A DNA stretch of 64,000 nt from a virus, in the IMG/VR virus record IMGVR_UViG_3300045135_001635. One strand, 5' to 3'. Each line of letters starts with the position of its first letter. The first letter of the stretch is position 1. Under the pieces are notes generated by a model. It was given only the letters and a program-made list of their open reading frames with translations, searched no databases and was not told where the DNA came from. Made by a program: the position numbers and the translations under genes. Positions 36,482-45,664 of the stretch are shown here, piece by piece.

Positions 36482-37110
36482 TCACCTTTAATATGTTCAA
36501 TACAATCTAACCAGAAGTCCTTATCTTTACTCACTACGAACGAGTGAGTCATTCTCCAACAGTTAGTATGCGCAGCGTGATAACATACAGCGCCCTCTAT
36601 ATAGGTTCCAAAGTAACCAGCCTTACACGACCAACCTTTCTTATCCTTGACAGTTTGTTCTACGCCGTTTTCGTCGATATATTTAAACCAACCATCACCA
36701 GTTTCAGACCAAGTAAAGATAAGATTATACCCAGGAGCGTCAGCATTATTATGCCAAGCGATAAACCCATCAGGCGGATATAATTGACTCAGCGCATTAG
36801 TATTGATACCAAGTTCAGTCTTAATATCTTCGTCTAACTTGCTAAAGTCTTTCTTGTAGTTAAGGTCGTCGCCTTTGTAATGATCAGGCTTTAGCGCGTA
36901 CGAGCGAGCGTTCTCGGGATATCCAATATGATCGCTACCCATAGCTATTATCTTGTCGCGATAATCGTCTCCGACCCAGTCTATTGAGTTGTGGTTGATA
37001 TTACCGAGCATATTGTTTGTTTCTTCTGGGGTGTATTTCTCGCGAAACAGGTACACCATATGGTTCAGGATATGAAGTAGTTCTTCATTCCCGATTGGTA
37101 TCGTCGTCAT
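36478..37110 (-). CDS. cupin / Fe-2OG-oxygenase-like protein, paralog of 11770..12447
   Basis: LYPPDGFIAWHNN..FTWSETGDG..CYHAA..CWRMT. Confidence 0.55.
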   Translation of the reverse strand: MTTIPIGNEELLHILNHMVYLFREKYTPEETNNMLGNINHNSIDWVGDDYRDKIIAMGSDHIGYPENARSYALKPDHYKGDDLNYKKDFSKLDEDIKTELGINTNALSQLYPPDGFIAWHNNADAPGYNLIFTWSETGDGWFKYIDENGVEQTVKDKKGWSCKAGYFGTYIEGAVCYHAAHTNCWRMTHSFVVSKDKDFWLDCIEHIKGE

Positions 37111-37113
37111 ATA

Positions 37114-37575
37114 TTATATAATCTCAAAGTGACTAAATCTAAACGTCGCATCGAACGTTAGATAAGTAATATCGCCTGAAGTAGAGTTAAGTTCGAATGC
37201 TCCGATATTTGTAGGAATACAATTCTTGTATCGGATTTCGATATTCTTATTATTATGACTTGTTAAAATTACGAGCGTGATATCAGCTTCGATACCTTCG
37301 TAGTTCTCGATAGAATCTTCCATCCAAGACTGCATCTCTTTATAACCAGCCATATCTTCGTCGATAATAAGGTTAATAGAAAGTTCGCTGAATGTAATCT
37401 TATCACCGAGTAACGGTAATTGTGATAGTTTTGGTATACCAACCTCAACCGCATTTACGGATGATCCCGGATGTGTTACAGACTGAGCAAAGTATTCAAT
37501 ATTAGATTGATCTTTATTGATTACTACCTTAAACCCTGTTGGCTGTAAGAAGTTTTTGTTTGTTGTTACGTTCAT
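37114..37575 (-). CDS. gp3: tail tube terminator / tail completion protein
   Basis: NFLQPTGF, YFAQSV.HPG, IIDEDM..Y.E...W; late promoter at 37598-37605. Confidence 0.85.
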   Translation of the reverse strand: MNVTTNKNFLQPTGFKVVINKDQSNIEYFAQSVTHPGSSVNAVEVGIPKLSQLPLLGDKITFSELSINLIIDEDMAGYKEMQSWMEDSIENYEGIEADITLVILTSHNNKNIEIRYKNCIPTNIGAFELNSTSGDITYLTFDATFRFSHFEII

Positions 37576-37620
37576 AATATATCCTCAGTTACGGTAATAT
37601 TTATATCGAATTTAACTCAC

Positions 37621-37645
37621 AAAAAAAGGGGAGCCGAAGCTCCCC
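37621..37645 (-). terminator. gp23 terminator
   Basis: GGGGAGC-TTCG-GCTCCCC followed by T7. Confidence 0.9.
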
Positions 37646-37712
37646 AATGTATCCTTTTTCAAAATTCATTTCTTATTATTATAAAGTCATGATATGAATA
37701 ATTAAGGATTCT

Positions 37713-38960
37713 TTACGCTAAGATGTTATCTACAGCAAACTTGCGGTAATATTGGTTTGTACCAGCAACTGCTAGACCATTTGACGGCGCATCACCGACG
37801 AATGGGTTAGACGCCATACCGTAACGAGTTTTGAACCCGATGCGTGGTTGGAAGTCATTCTCGCCAACTGCTTTAACCATTTGTAATGGAACGTATGGGC
37901 AGTAGAAGATACCAGCGTCATAAGGGTTAGTACCTTTATAACCAACAGTGATATAATCAGAACCAGCATATGGGTCGATGTAAACTTTAGTACGACCGTT
38001 TAAAGTACCAGCAAAAGTATTACCAGTATCATCAACTTGTAAAGAAGTAGACATTGCTGGAGTGTAGTCAAGCATACCAGAAGCAGCTAAAGCAGTTGCT
38101 ACGTCTGAAGAACAGATTACAACGTTACCTTTACCACGACGAGTTTCTTTAGCAATTACGTTCGCTTCGCGATCTAGTTGAATTACAAGACCTTTGAATT
38201 TCTCAGCAGACCAACGACCATCAGCATCAGAAGATAGATCGAATACGCCAGGAGTTGCGATGTTAGATGATTGAGCACCTAATTTTGCTTGGCTGTTGAT
38301 TGTGTGAATTACTTCACGGTTCATTTCAGCAAGGATCTCAGTAGATAAGATGTTTGCTAATTCAGTTTCAGCGTCAAGACCGTGGATTGCTTTTAAGTCT
38401 TGTGCTAATTCTAAGCTGTATTCAGCTTTCAACGCACGAGATTTCGCTGTAACAGTCGCTTTCTCGATTGTGAAACCCATCTCAGCGAAGTCACCGCCAG
38501 TGTTACCTAATGCTTCAGCAGCAGCTGTAGACATACCAGCACCAACTGTATCAGAGTCAGCAACACCAGAGAAAGCTGAGTTAGCTTCTTCGAATAATGC
38601 TTCTTCGTTTGCTACAGAACCGCCTTCGTAACGTGATTTCATCGCGAAGATAAGACCAGTTGGACCAGACATTGGCTGTACACCAGCTACGTCATATGCC
38701 ATTAAGTTAGGCATTGCGCGACGTACTAATGAGATTAATACAGGATCCCAAGTACCGATAGAACCAGTGTTGTTACCAGCTGTCTCGTTTAATGAACCAA
38801 AACCTGCTTCTTGAGCACGCGCTTCAGTCATCGCTTTTTCTTGGTTTTCTAGGATAGCAGCAGTAACTGCTTTACGGTGATGGTCTTTGATAGAACCAGC
38901 TGATTCTTCGTTAAGAACTGGTGACCATTTTTCTACTAATTTATCGAATGATTGTTGCAT
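37713..38960 (-). CDS. gp23: major capsid protein
   Basis: DPVLISLVRR, GVQPMSGPTGLIFAM, KSRALKAEYS.ELAQDL, FYCPYVPL, GFKTRYG. Confidence 0.98.
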   Translation of the reverse strand: MQQSFDKLVEKWSPVLNEESAGSIKDHHRKAVTAAILENQEKAMTEARAQEAGFGSLNETAGNNTGSIGTWDPVLISLVRRAMPNLMAYDVAGVQPMSGPTGLIFAMKSRYEGGSVANEEALFEEANSAFSGVADSDTVGAGMSTAAAEALGNTGGDFAEMGFTIEKATVTAKSRALKAEYSLELAQDLKAIHGLDAETELANILSTEILAEMNREVIHTINSQAKLGAQSSNIATPGVFDLSSDADGRWSAEKFKGLVIQLDREANVIAKETRRGKGNVVICSSDVATALAASGMLDYTPAMSTSLQVDDTGNTFAGTLNGRTKVYIDPYAGSDYITVGYKGTNPYDAGIFYCPYVPLQMVKAVGENDFQPRIGFKTRYGMASNPFVGDAPSNGLAVAGTNQYYRKFAVDNILA

Positions 38961-38970
38961 GATAGTTTCC

Positions 38971-40008
38971 TTAAATAGAGGTTTTCTTTAAAACTGAAAG
39001 GTAGTTTTCCATTACTGAAGAGATCTGAACTTCGTCGTCTGCTTCTTCGTGGATTTCTTCTACCGCTTCTGGTATTTCTTTTGAGAAGTAAGATTCTTTG
39101 ATAGTGGCGATTTTCTTAGCGAATGATTCTTCGCCATCGAAATCTACATTTTCAACTAAACCTTTCAATTTCTCAGCTTGTGTGTCTGCTAAGTCACGAG
39201 TAGCTTCAGCGATGATTGCATCACGCTTTAATACTTCAAGTTCTTCAGCAAGTGCGATTGCGTCACCAGTTGTAGCGTTAAGTTTTTCTTCTAACTCTTC
39301 AACTTGTTCTGCTAAATCGTCAACTAGGTCAATCTTAGATTCTGGAACTTCGACGTAAGATTCTACGAAAAGATCCTTCATAGATGACATAAAGTTTTCT
39401 GCGATTTCAGTACGTAGACCGTTCTGAATTGCTAACTTGTTGTCTTCCATCCAAGACTCAACAACGTAGTTTAAGTAAGAATCGACCTTACCAACCAAGT
39501 CTTCTTTGATTGTAGTAACTTCCTCGGCTAACTCTTCTTTGTAGCTCTCTTCAAGACGAGATACTTCTTCAGCAAGCTTTGACTTAACAGCTGCTTCAAA
39601 AATAACCTGTGTCTTTTCTTTGAACTCTTCAGATAGAGTTGCTTCACCTTCAACGATTGCTTGGAGTTCAGCGTTTGTATCAACATCTTCTAATACAACA
39701 TCAGCTTCAACACCTGCAGCTTCACATACTTTAGAGTACGCAGCTTGTAGGTCAGCTTTTTTCATTTTAGAAGCAGTTTTGTACATTGCGTTTAACATAC
39801 CTGCTTTTGTTTTAGGTAAAGAAGCTTTAGTAGTAGCTTTTGCTGCTTTATCGACAGACGCAATTGCTTCTGGCTCTGTAACAGGTTGAGCTTCTACTTT
39901 CGCACCAGTAGCCTTTGGCTCTTGTGCTTCTTCGAGAGTTTCCTCCACGATTTCGTTAACATCTGCATCGTGAAGTTCAACTTCGACTTCTTTGTTTAAA
40001 TCAGTCAT
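38971..40008 (-). CDS. gp22: prohead core scaffold protein
   Basis: LSEEFKEK...IFEAAV, VDSYLNYVVE.W, GLRTEIAE. Confidence 0.93.
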   Translation of the reverse strand: MTDLNKEVEVELHDADVNEIVEETLEEAQEPKATGAKVEAQPVTEPEAIASVDKAAKATTKASLPKTKAGMLNAMYKTASKMKKADLQAAYSKVCEAAGVEADVVLEDVDTNAELQAIVEGEATLSEEFKEKTQVIFEAAVKSKLAEEVSRLEESYKEELAEEVTTIKEDLVGKVDSYLNYVVESWMEDNKLAIQNGLRTEIAENFMSSMKDLFVESYVEVPESKIDLVDDLAEQVEELEEKLNATTGDAIALAEELEVLKRDAIIAEATRDLADTQAEKLKGLVENVDFDGEESFAKKIATIKESYFSKEIPEAVEEIHEEADDEVQISSVMENYLSVLKKTSI

Positions 40009-40017
40009 AGTGACTCC

Positions 40018-40677
40018 TTATAGTTTAGATTTGATTAACGAGAGGAAATTCTTAAACTCACGAATCTGCACTTCTGGTTGTTGTGCTATCGTTGCTTGTT
40101 TGATTTCAGTCTCCATCTCTTCAATAACCTGTGGCTCAAGAATTCCGTTATTCCAGACCCAGTCAACACCTTCCATTATACCATTAACGAAAGCATCAGG
40201 TGCGCTCGGATCTTGTACAATATCAACTGTACTAAGAATAAAGTCTTCTTTGACGTACATTACGCCATTTTTTTGCTCAAGGCTTCCCATACCACGAGTT
40301 GACACGCCTAATTGAACACCGCCTTCAAGAAGTCCTTTAACTATCTTTCCCATCGGTGTATCTAATATTTGTGCCTTTCCAATCACATTATTACCTTCAA
40401 ATTTAAGATCGGTAATAAGGTGTGAAACTTTGTCCAAGTTAACAGTTGGTCCTTCAGGGTGATTTAATTCACCGACGGCACGCTTCTTGCTAACTTGATC
40501 TTGAACGTATTTATTAACAGCGTTTTCCATAATTGCTTTAGGATAAACACGTCCATTACGATTCTTTTGATCAGCTTGCGCGAATACACCTTCAATAACA
40601 TAGTTCTTCTCGCCATTCTCTTTGGCTTCAACGATGCATTCTAATCCAGTTTCTGTAAATTCGCTAATAAGCTTCAT
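40018..40677 (-). CDS. gp21: prohead protease
   Basis: NRNGRVYP, GELNHP, GVSTRGMGS, DIVQDPSAPDAFV. Confidence 0.97.
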   Translation of the reverse strand: MKLISEFTETGLECIVEAKENGEKNYVIEGVFAQADQKNRNGRVYPKAIMENAVNKYVQDQVSKKRAVGELNHPEGPTVNLDKVSHLITDLKFEGNNVIGKAQILDTPMGKIVKGLLEGGVQLGVSTRGMGSLEQKNGVMYVKEDFILSTVDIVQDPSAPDAFVNGIMEGVDWVWNNGILEPQVIEEMETEIKQATIAQQPEVQIREFKNFLSLIKSKL

Positions 40678-40678
40678 T

Positions 40679-40873
40679 TTATTTTCCCAGAGCCTTTAAT
40701 ACTTCTTTTGCTGTATCTTGGGCTTCTTTCTCTGACTTAAAGTTATCGGCAACAAGGTCTCCATCTACACGGAGTTCAATACCTTTTTTGCCATCCTTAA
40801 TTTCTACAGGGATGCCTTTAATTTTCTTTTTAGAGAGAACTTTAGATTCTCTAATTTCTTTAAAAGTTTTCAT
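40679..40873 (-). CDS. gp68-like prohead core / internal protein
   Basis: CTS-like MKTFKEIRE, late promoter at 40895-40902, synteny. Confidence 0.65.
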   Translation of the reverse strand: MKTFKEIRESKVLSKKKIKGIPVEIKDGKKGIELRVDGDLVADNFKSEKEAQDTAKEVLKALGK

Positions 40874-40932
40874 AACATCTCCTTAATTACATATTATTTA
40901 TAACAAAAAGAACTTTGACTTAGAAAAAAGTT

Positions 40933-41583
40933 TTAAGCTTGTTTTGTGTAACGTTCTTTAGTGCTTCCCCACATCTGTTCGGCGTATATTTTACCGTCAC
41001 CTCGATATGGAGTAGACATAACACTATAGTGTTTTGGAATAGTATAATACGATGGCCATATAGTCAGTTTATGTTTCTCTGCGTCAGGAACAAACTGAGA
41101 AAGCCATTTATTACCAGTAGAATTCCAAGGCTTTGGATCTAATTCTTCTGGCTTTAATTTATGTAAAGTATCTATCAATAATTTAACAAACGTATTTCCT
41201 GGATTACAAGCTTGTACTGGCGATACCCAGTTCGGTGCTATTTTCGGATCACGATCGTTTTCAAAGATAGTATAAGCATAATCAGGTGGACTTGTGAATA
41301 CTTCGTCCATATTATGGTAGCATAGCGCATCAGCAGGCGGTAAGAAACCACCTTGCTCATATAGTAGCTCATAACGAATTAAGTCAGCGACGCCAGCCCA
41401 TACACCCATAGAGTAGTATTTATCTATTAAGTGTTGGTTATGCCAAGTCCTTGCTTTTAACATCTCATCAGTAAATACTGAGTATTCCCAATCAGGATGT
41501 TTTTCCTTCCAAGATTCGGTCCATTGTTTTGGTTGATCAAATGGACCGATCCAGATGTGCGTCATCTTTTTGACTAAATTCAT
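40933..41583 (-). CDS. glycosyltransferase family 32-like
   Basis: HIWIG, SW...HPDWEY, ADLIRYELLYEQGG; DxD degenerate (PADA). Confidence 0.8.
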   Translation of the reverse strand: MNLVKKMTHIWIGPFDQPKQWTESWKEKHPDWEYSVFTDEMLKARTWHNQHLIDKYYSMGVWAGVADLIRYELLYEQGGFLPPADALCYHNMDEVFTSPPDYAYTIFENDRDPKIAPNWVSPVQACNPGNTFVKLLIDTLHKLKPEELDPKPWNSTGNKWLSQFVPDAEKHKLTIWPSYYTIPKHYSVMSTPYRGDGKIYAEQMWGSTKERYTKQA

Positions 41584-41597
41584 AATAAAGAAAAATC

Positions 41598-41864
41598 TTA
41601 TAGACCTTCGTCTTCAGCTTCTATCTCAATATCATCTTCAATATCTAATGGATCAGCACCATTAAAGATTGTATCAGCTACAGCTATTTTTTCTGCTTCT
41701 AAAGTATTCTGTACTTTGTCAGCTAATAGCGAATTAAATAACTCTTCTGATTGATTAAAATCGCCAGCAGCTATTGCGTCAATAAAATCGTTAATAGGAT
41801 CGTGTTCTACTTCTGTAGAATGATCTTCAACGTTTTCAATTTCATTATTTTCTAAATCACTCAT
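41598..41864 (-). CDS. gp67-like prohead core protein
   Basis: Acidic, follows the portal gene, F...LADKV...LE.EK. Confidence 0.7.
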   Translation of the reverse strand: MSDLENNEIENVEDHSTEVEHDPINDFIDAIAAGDFNQSEELFNSLLADKVQNTLEAEKIAVADTIFNGADPLDIEDDIEIEAEDEGL

Positions 41865-41873
41865 TATATCTCC

Positions 41874-43391
41874 TTAGATACCGTAGTCATCATCTTCAGC
41901 GTCGTCAGATTTTGCGTTTTCTGCTTCAACTTGTTTCTTCATTTCTTCGATGTCTTTATCATCCATCATCATTACGTTCTTCATTACCCACTCGCGCGAG
42001 AAATATTCACCGACGTATTGAGTAACTTGATCCATAGTACCAAGACGTTCACGTAATAACTCAGAGTCTTTCAACTCAGCAAAATGGTTATCACGGATGA
42101 AATCAACTTGGATTTCATTCTTCCAACCATTCCAATCTTGTTCAGTACATATACCTTTTAGAAGTAGCTGTTTTTTCAAGATACCTAAGAATAGGTGAGA
42201 GAATTTTTTACGTAAACGGTCAATGAACTTTTGGAACTTAACCTCATCGCGGTTGATTTCCGTAGAACGCCCCAAGCTAAACTGAGCTTCTTGTTCAAGT
42301 CTATTTAGAGGTACGTTAAGTGAGCGATATAGCTTCTTCTGGAAGTATAGGATATCGTCTATTTGACCTAAGTTCTCACCGCCAGGAAGTGTACTAATCT
42401 CAGTACCGCGCCCACCTTCACGACGAGGTAGCCAGAAATCTTCGAGCATAGACATATGTTTACGGTCATCTTTAATTTCACCGCTGTTTGCGTCATAGAC
42501 TACTTTGTTTCTATAACGTGACATAATGTCTTTAATGTGTTGCTCTGCTTTACCCTTCGGCATATTACCTACGTCAATATAAAAGATACGACGTTCAGGT
42601 GCGCGAGACATACGATAGATTACAAGTGAATCTTCCATCATACGTAATTGGTTAACTGGCTTAATTGCTTTATGTAGGTAAGATACAACGCGCTTCTTAG
42701 ATGAGTCGGTCAAGCCAGACGTCACGTAAGAAATAGAGTCAGGCGTTAATTTAATGCCTTGGTTCATACCAGCTTTTTCTTGGTATATGAAAAACTCGTT
42801 CGTCTTATCTACTATTTTTGCCCCAGTTTTAGGGTCTTTTTTATATTCCACTTCTTTTACTTTACGAATCTTCGTAGCATCAATCGGACGGATGTCTTTG
42901 ATACCAGCTTTTAAATTAGATTCGTTAACTAAGATGTGGTGATATAATCTACCGTCTACATACCAAGAACGGAACATATCGTGTCCGTGTTCTTCAAAGT
43001 TTAATAGGCTATAGATGTTTTCGAATTCTTCGGTGATCGTTTTCTTAATTCGATCAGGAGCTTCTACTTGGTCTAAGTTAATACTGACCGAAGCTTCTAA
43101 CTCAGATGATACGACAGCTTCATTAATAATATCTTCAATTGCTGCGTCTACTTCTGGATGTTCAGCGATACCGCGATACTTTTGAATAAGAGCAACATTA
43201 TCTTTCGCTGCTGCGCCTTCCATATCAATATACTGACCAAAGTGAGAACCAGATGCTGTCACATATCCTGCGCCGTCATCGTCAGTTTTTGGTACGATAG
43301 AAGGAGTTTTTTTATCTTCTTCTCCAGTACTCGCCTTTGAGACTTTCTTCAGTTCAAAACCAAATAATTGAAGTATACTATTGTCTGCCAT
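41874..43391 (-). CDS. gp20: portal protein
   Basis: WYVDGR, NQLRMMEDSLVIYR..RAPERRIFYIDVGN, EDFWLPRREGGRGTEI; start at ATG 43391. Confidence 0.98.
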   Translation of the reverse strand: MADNSILQLFGFELKKVSKASTGEEDKKTPSIVPKTDDDGAGYVTASGSHFGQYIDMEGAAAKDNVALIQKYRGIAEHPEVDAAIEDIINEAVVSSELEASVSINLDQVEAPDRIKKTITEEFENIYSLLNFEEHGHDMFRSWYVDGRLYHHILVNESNLKAGIKDIRPIDATKIRKVKEVEYKKDPKTGAKIVDKTNEFFIYQEKAGMNQGIKLTPDSISYVTSGLTDSSKKRVVSYLHKAIKPVNQLRMMEDSLVIYRMSRAPERRIFYIDVGNMPKGKAEQHIKDIMSRYRNKVVYDANSGEIKDDRKHMSMLEDFWLPRREGGRGTEISTLPGGENLGQIDDILYFQKKLYRSLNVPLNRLEQEAQFSLGRSTEINRDEVKFQKFIDRLRKKFSHLFLGILKKQLLLKGICTEQDWNGWKNEIQVDFIRDNHFAELKDSELLRERLGTMDQVTQYVGEYFSREWVMKNVMMMDDKDIEEMKKQVEAENAKSDDAEDDDYGI

Positions 43392-43454
43392 AATTTCCTC
43401 GAGATAATATAAAAGTGGGTATGAGTTTCCCCACACCCACTACTTATACGAATA

Positions 43455-43979
43455 TTAATTAGTCGTATTAGATTCCCAATATTGTACTTGCATCGTAACG
43501 CCAAACTCTTCAACTGTATCAACAGTTTCGTAGTTAAGGTCAATCGCAGCAACTAATGTAGGGAAGCATCCACGGAATGTGTATGTTTTCACTACTGAAC
43601 CGTCTTTATCTAACTGCTCAACAATTAAGTCAGCTTGATAGTCGACAGGATTCGTGATACCAACGTTCTCACTATGAGAGTTCATACCATTCATCCAACG
43701 TTCCATAGAGTCACGAACTGTGAAATCTGTATCATTTAATACAGTAATTTCCCACGGCTCGAACGTACGGTCGCCAGCAATTTTTAATTGACGTCCACGG
43801 AATGGAACTTCAATTACATTCATTACTGAAGCAGGTAACTGAGCAGCTTTACACAAGAATGATGTTAGTTCAACATCACCACCCGCATATCCTGGAAAGT
43901 TTACTTTAGCACGGAATAAATTAGGACGAGCACCGCCACCTTTTAATTTTGCTTTAAAGTCATCTACTCTTAAAGACAT
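43455..43979 (-). CDS. gp19: tail tube protein
   Basis: GGARPNLF, LCKAAQLP, FRGRQLKIAGDRTF, QLDKDG. Confidence 0.97.
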   Translation of the reverse strand: MSLRVDDFKAKLKGGGARPNLFRAKVNFPGYAGGDVELTSFLCKAAQLPASVMNVIEVPFRGRQLKIAGDRTFEPWEITVLNDTDFTVRDSMERWMNGMNSHSENVGITNPVDYQADLIVEQLDKDGSVVKTYTFRGCFPTLVAAIDLNYETVDTVEEFGVTMQVQYWESNTTN

Positions 43980-43991
43980 TATTTATTCTCC

Positions 43992-45575
43992 TTATACTAA
44001 GCCAACAACTTCTTCAAACTCAACACCAGTTCTAACAGCAACAAAGTTAAGAGTAACAAAGTTGATAGAACGAGCAGGTTTGATGAAGATAGAAGCAACA
44101 AATTCGTTACGGTCTATAACAGCTGGAGTGTTGTTTGATTCGTCACAAACAACGCGGAATTCTGTAATACCACGACGACCTTGGATTTCGCGTAATAACG
44201 GTTCAACGATATTAACAAACTCAGCACGAGTAAATTCATCGTTAAATTCGAACATTACATTCTTACCAGCAGTCTTAATAGAACGCTCAATAGTTAAGAA
44301 TAAACGACGAACGTTGATACGGTCAAACGCAGATGGACGTTCCATAAACGTCTTATCGCCATATAACACTACACCAGATCCTGGGATATTAGCGACAGGG
44401 TTGATTCCAGCTTTGTATAAATCATCACGTTGAGATTTAGACGGACTATAAGCAACATCAGTTACACCAAGGTAAATACCGCGACGATCGCCAGCAGGTG
44501 AGAACCAAGGAGCAGCTACATTATCAGTCGCAGCCATAAGACCAGCAGTTGAAGAAGCAGCAGGGATGAATACATACTTATCGTTGTACTTATCGTAAAC
44601 CTTAAAGAAGTTGTTATCCACTACAGCGTATGATGATTTAGCTAAGTTTCCAGCCCAAGAGATGATCTCTGAGTTAGCGTTTGACCCAGCAAGTACATTA
44701 TCACGTAATGGTGAAATGACAGCAACACAATCTTTACGTTGTTCAGCAACAGTAATTAATGAAGAAGCAGAAGCACCTTGAGCGCAGATTAAGAAATCAA
44801 CCTCAACAGCATCAACATCATTAAAGATAGAATAGTCGTAAGAAGGAGATGAAGTATCAGCACCACCAGATAAGGTGAAAGCTTCGATACCATTTTCGCC
44901 AGAATCAGCGCCAATCTCAATAACATCAGACATCCAAACGAAATCAGACTGTTTGTTTAATACATCAGATACGTAGTTGTTTGAACCCTGAGCGGTTTTA
45001 GCTCCAGGAGTTGTAGATACAAAAGCGAATAATTCTAATACGCCAGCAGAACCTAAGATTTCGCCGTCAACGTCTTTTACTACAACGTGAACTTCGTCAC
45101 CTACTGGTGCACTATCGAATAATCCTGCGTGAGTCCAAGTAGAAAAACCAGCTGATGTACATACTTCAACAGCAATTGAATTACCTAATGCGCCAGCGCA
45201 CTTAGCAAATACTGTTTGAGCAGAAGCGCTTGCGCTTACTGTAGTTTCCCAATGATTTTGGTTTTCGATCAATGTAGCTGTACCAGAAGAAGCGTTTACT
45301 GCGCCAGCGCCTGAACCACGAACTACGAATAGTGAATTTGAATATTTTAAGAAATATGCTGCTGATAAGAAATCTACAGCTGTTTCGTTTGTTGGTGTGC
45401 CAAATAATGATACAAGTTCGTTTTCAGATGAAACTTTAACTCGTTGATTAATTGGTCCCCATTTAAAGTCACCTACAAAAGCACCTGTAGAAGTTTGAAC
45501 GTTTGGCGCGACGCCAGTTAAGTCAATCTCTCTTACAGATACGGCAGGTGAAGCAGATGGAGTTGTTAATGCCAT
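43992..45575 (-). CDS. gp18: tail sheath protein
   Basis: SPAVSVREID, WGP, PWFSPAG..RG, FDRINVRRLF, KPARSINF; late promoter at 45645-45652. Confidence 0.97.
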   Translation of the reverse strand: MALTTPSASPAVSVREIDLTGVAPNVQTSTGAFVGDFKWGPINQRVKVSSENELVSLFGTPTNETAVDFLSAAYFLKYSNSLFVVRGSGAGAVNASSGTATLIENQNHWETTVSASASAQTVFAKCAGALGNSIAVEVCTSAGFSTWTHAGLFDSAPVGDEVHVVVKDVDGEILGSAGVLELFAFVSTTPGAKTAQGSNNYVSDVLNKQSDFVWMSDVIEIGADSGENGIEAFTLSGGADTSSPSYDYSIFNDVDAVEVDFLICAQGASASSLITVAEQRKDCVAVISPLRDNVLAGSNANSEIISWAGNLAKSSYAVVDNNFFKVYDKYNDKYVFIPAASSTAGLMAATDNVAAPWFSPAGDRRGIYLGVTDVAYSPSKSQRDDLYKAGINPVANIPGSGVVLYGDKTFMERPSAFDRINVRRLFLTIERSIKTAGKNVMFEFNDEFTRAEFVNIVEPLLREIQGRRGITEFRVVCDESNNTPAVIDRNEFVASIFIKPARSINFVTLNFVAVRTGVEFEEVVGLV

Positions 45576-45664
45576 AACTCTTTCCTTTTATCGGTTTGCG
45601 AATGATATGTTTTACATAATACGGATGAATTTCTTCAATAGCATTATTTATAACTTTTACAATC

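Noticed and set aside
37575-37713. Absence of gp24 after gp23
   Set aside because: gp23 followed directly by gp3-uvsY-uvsW is the normal order in marine T4-like phages
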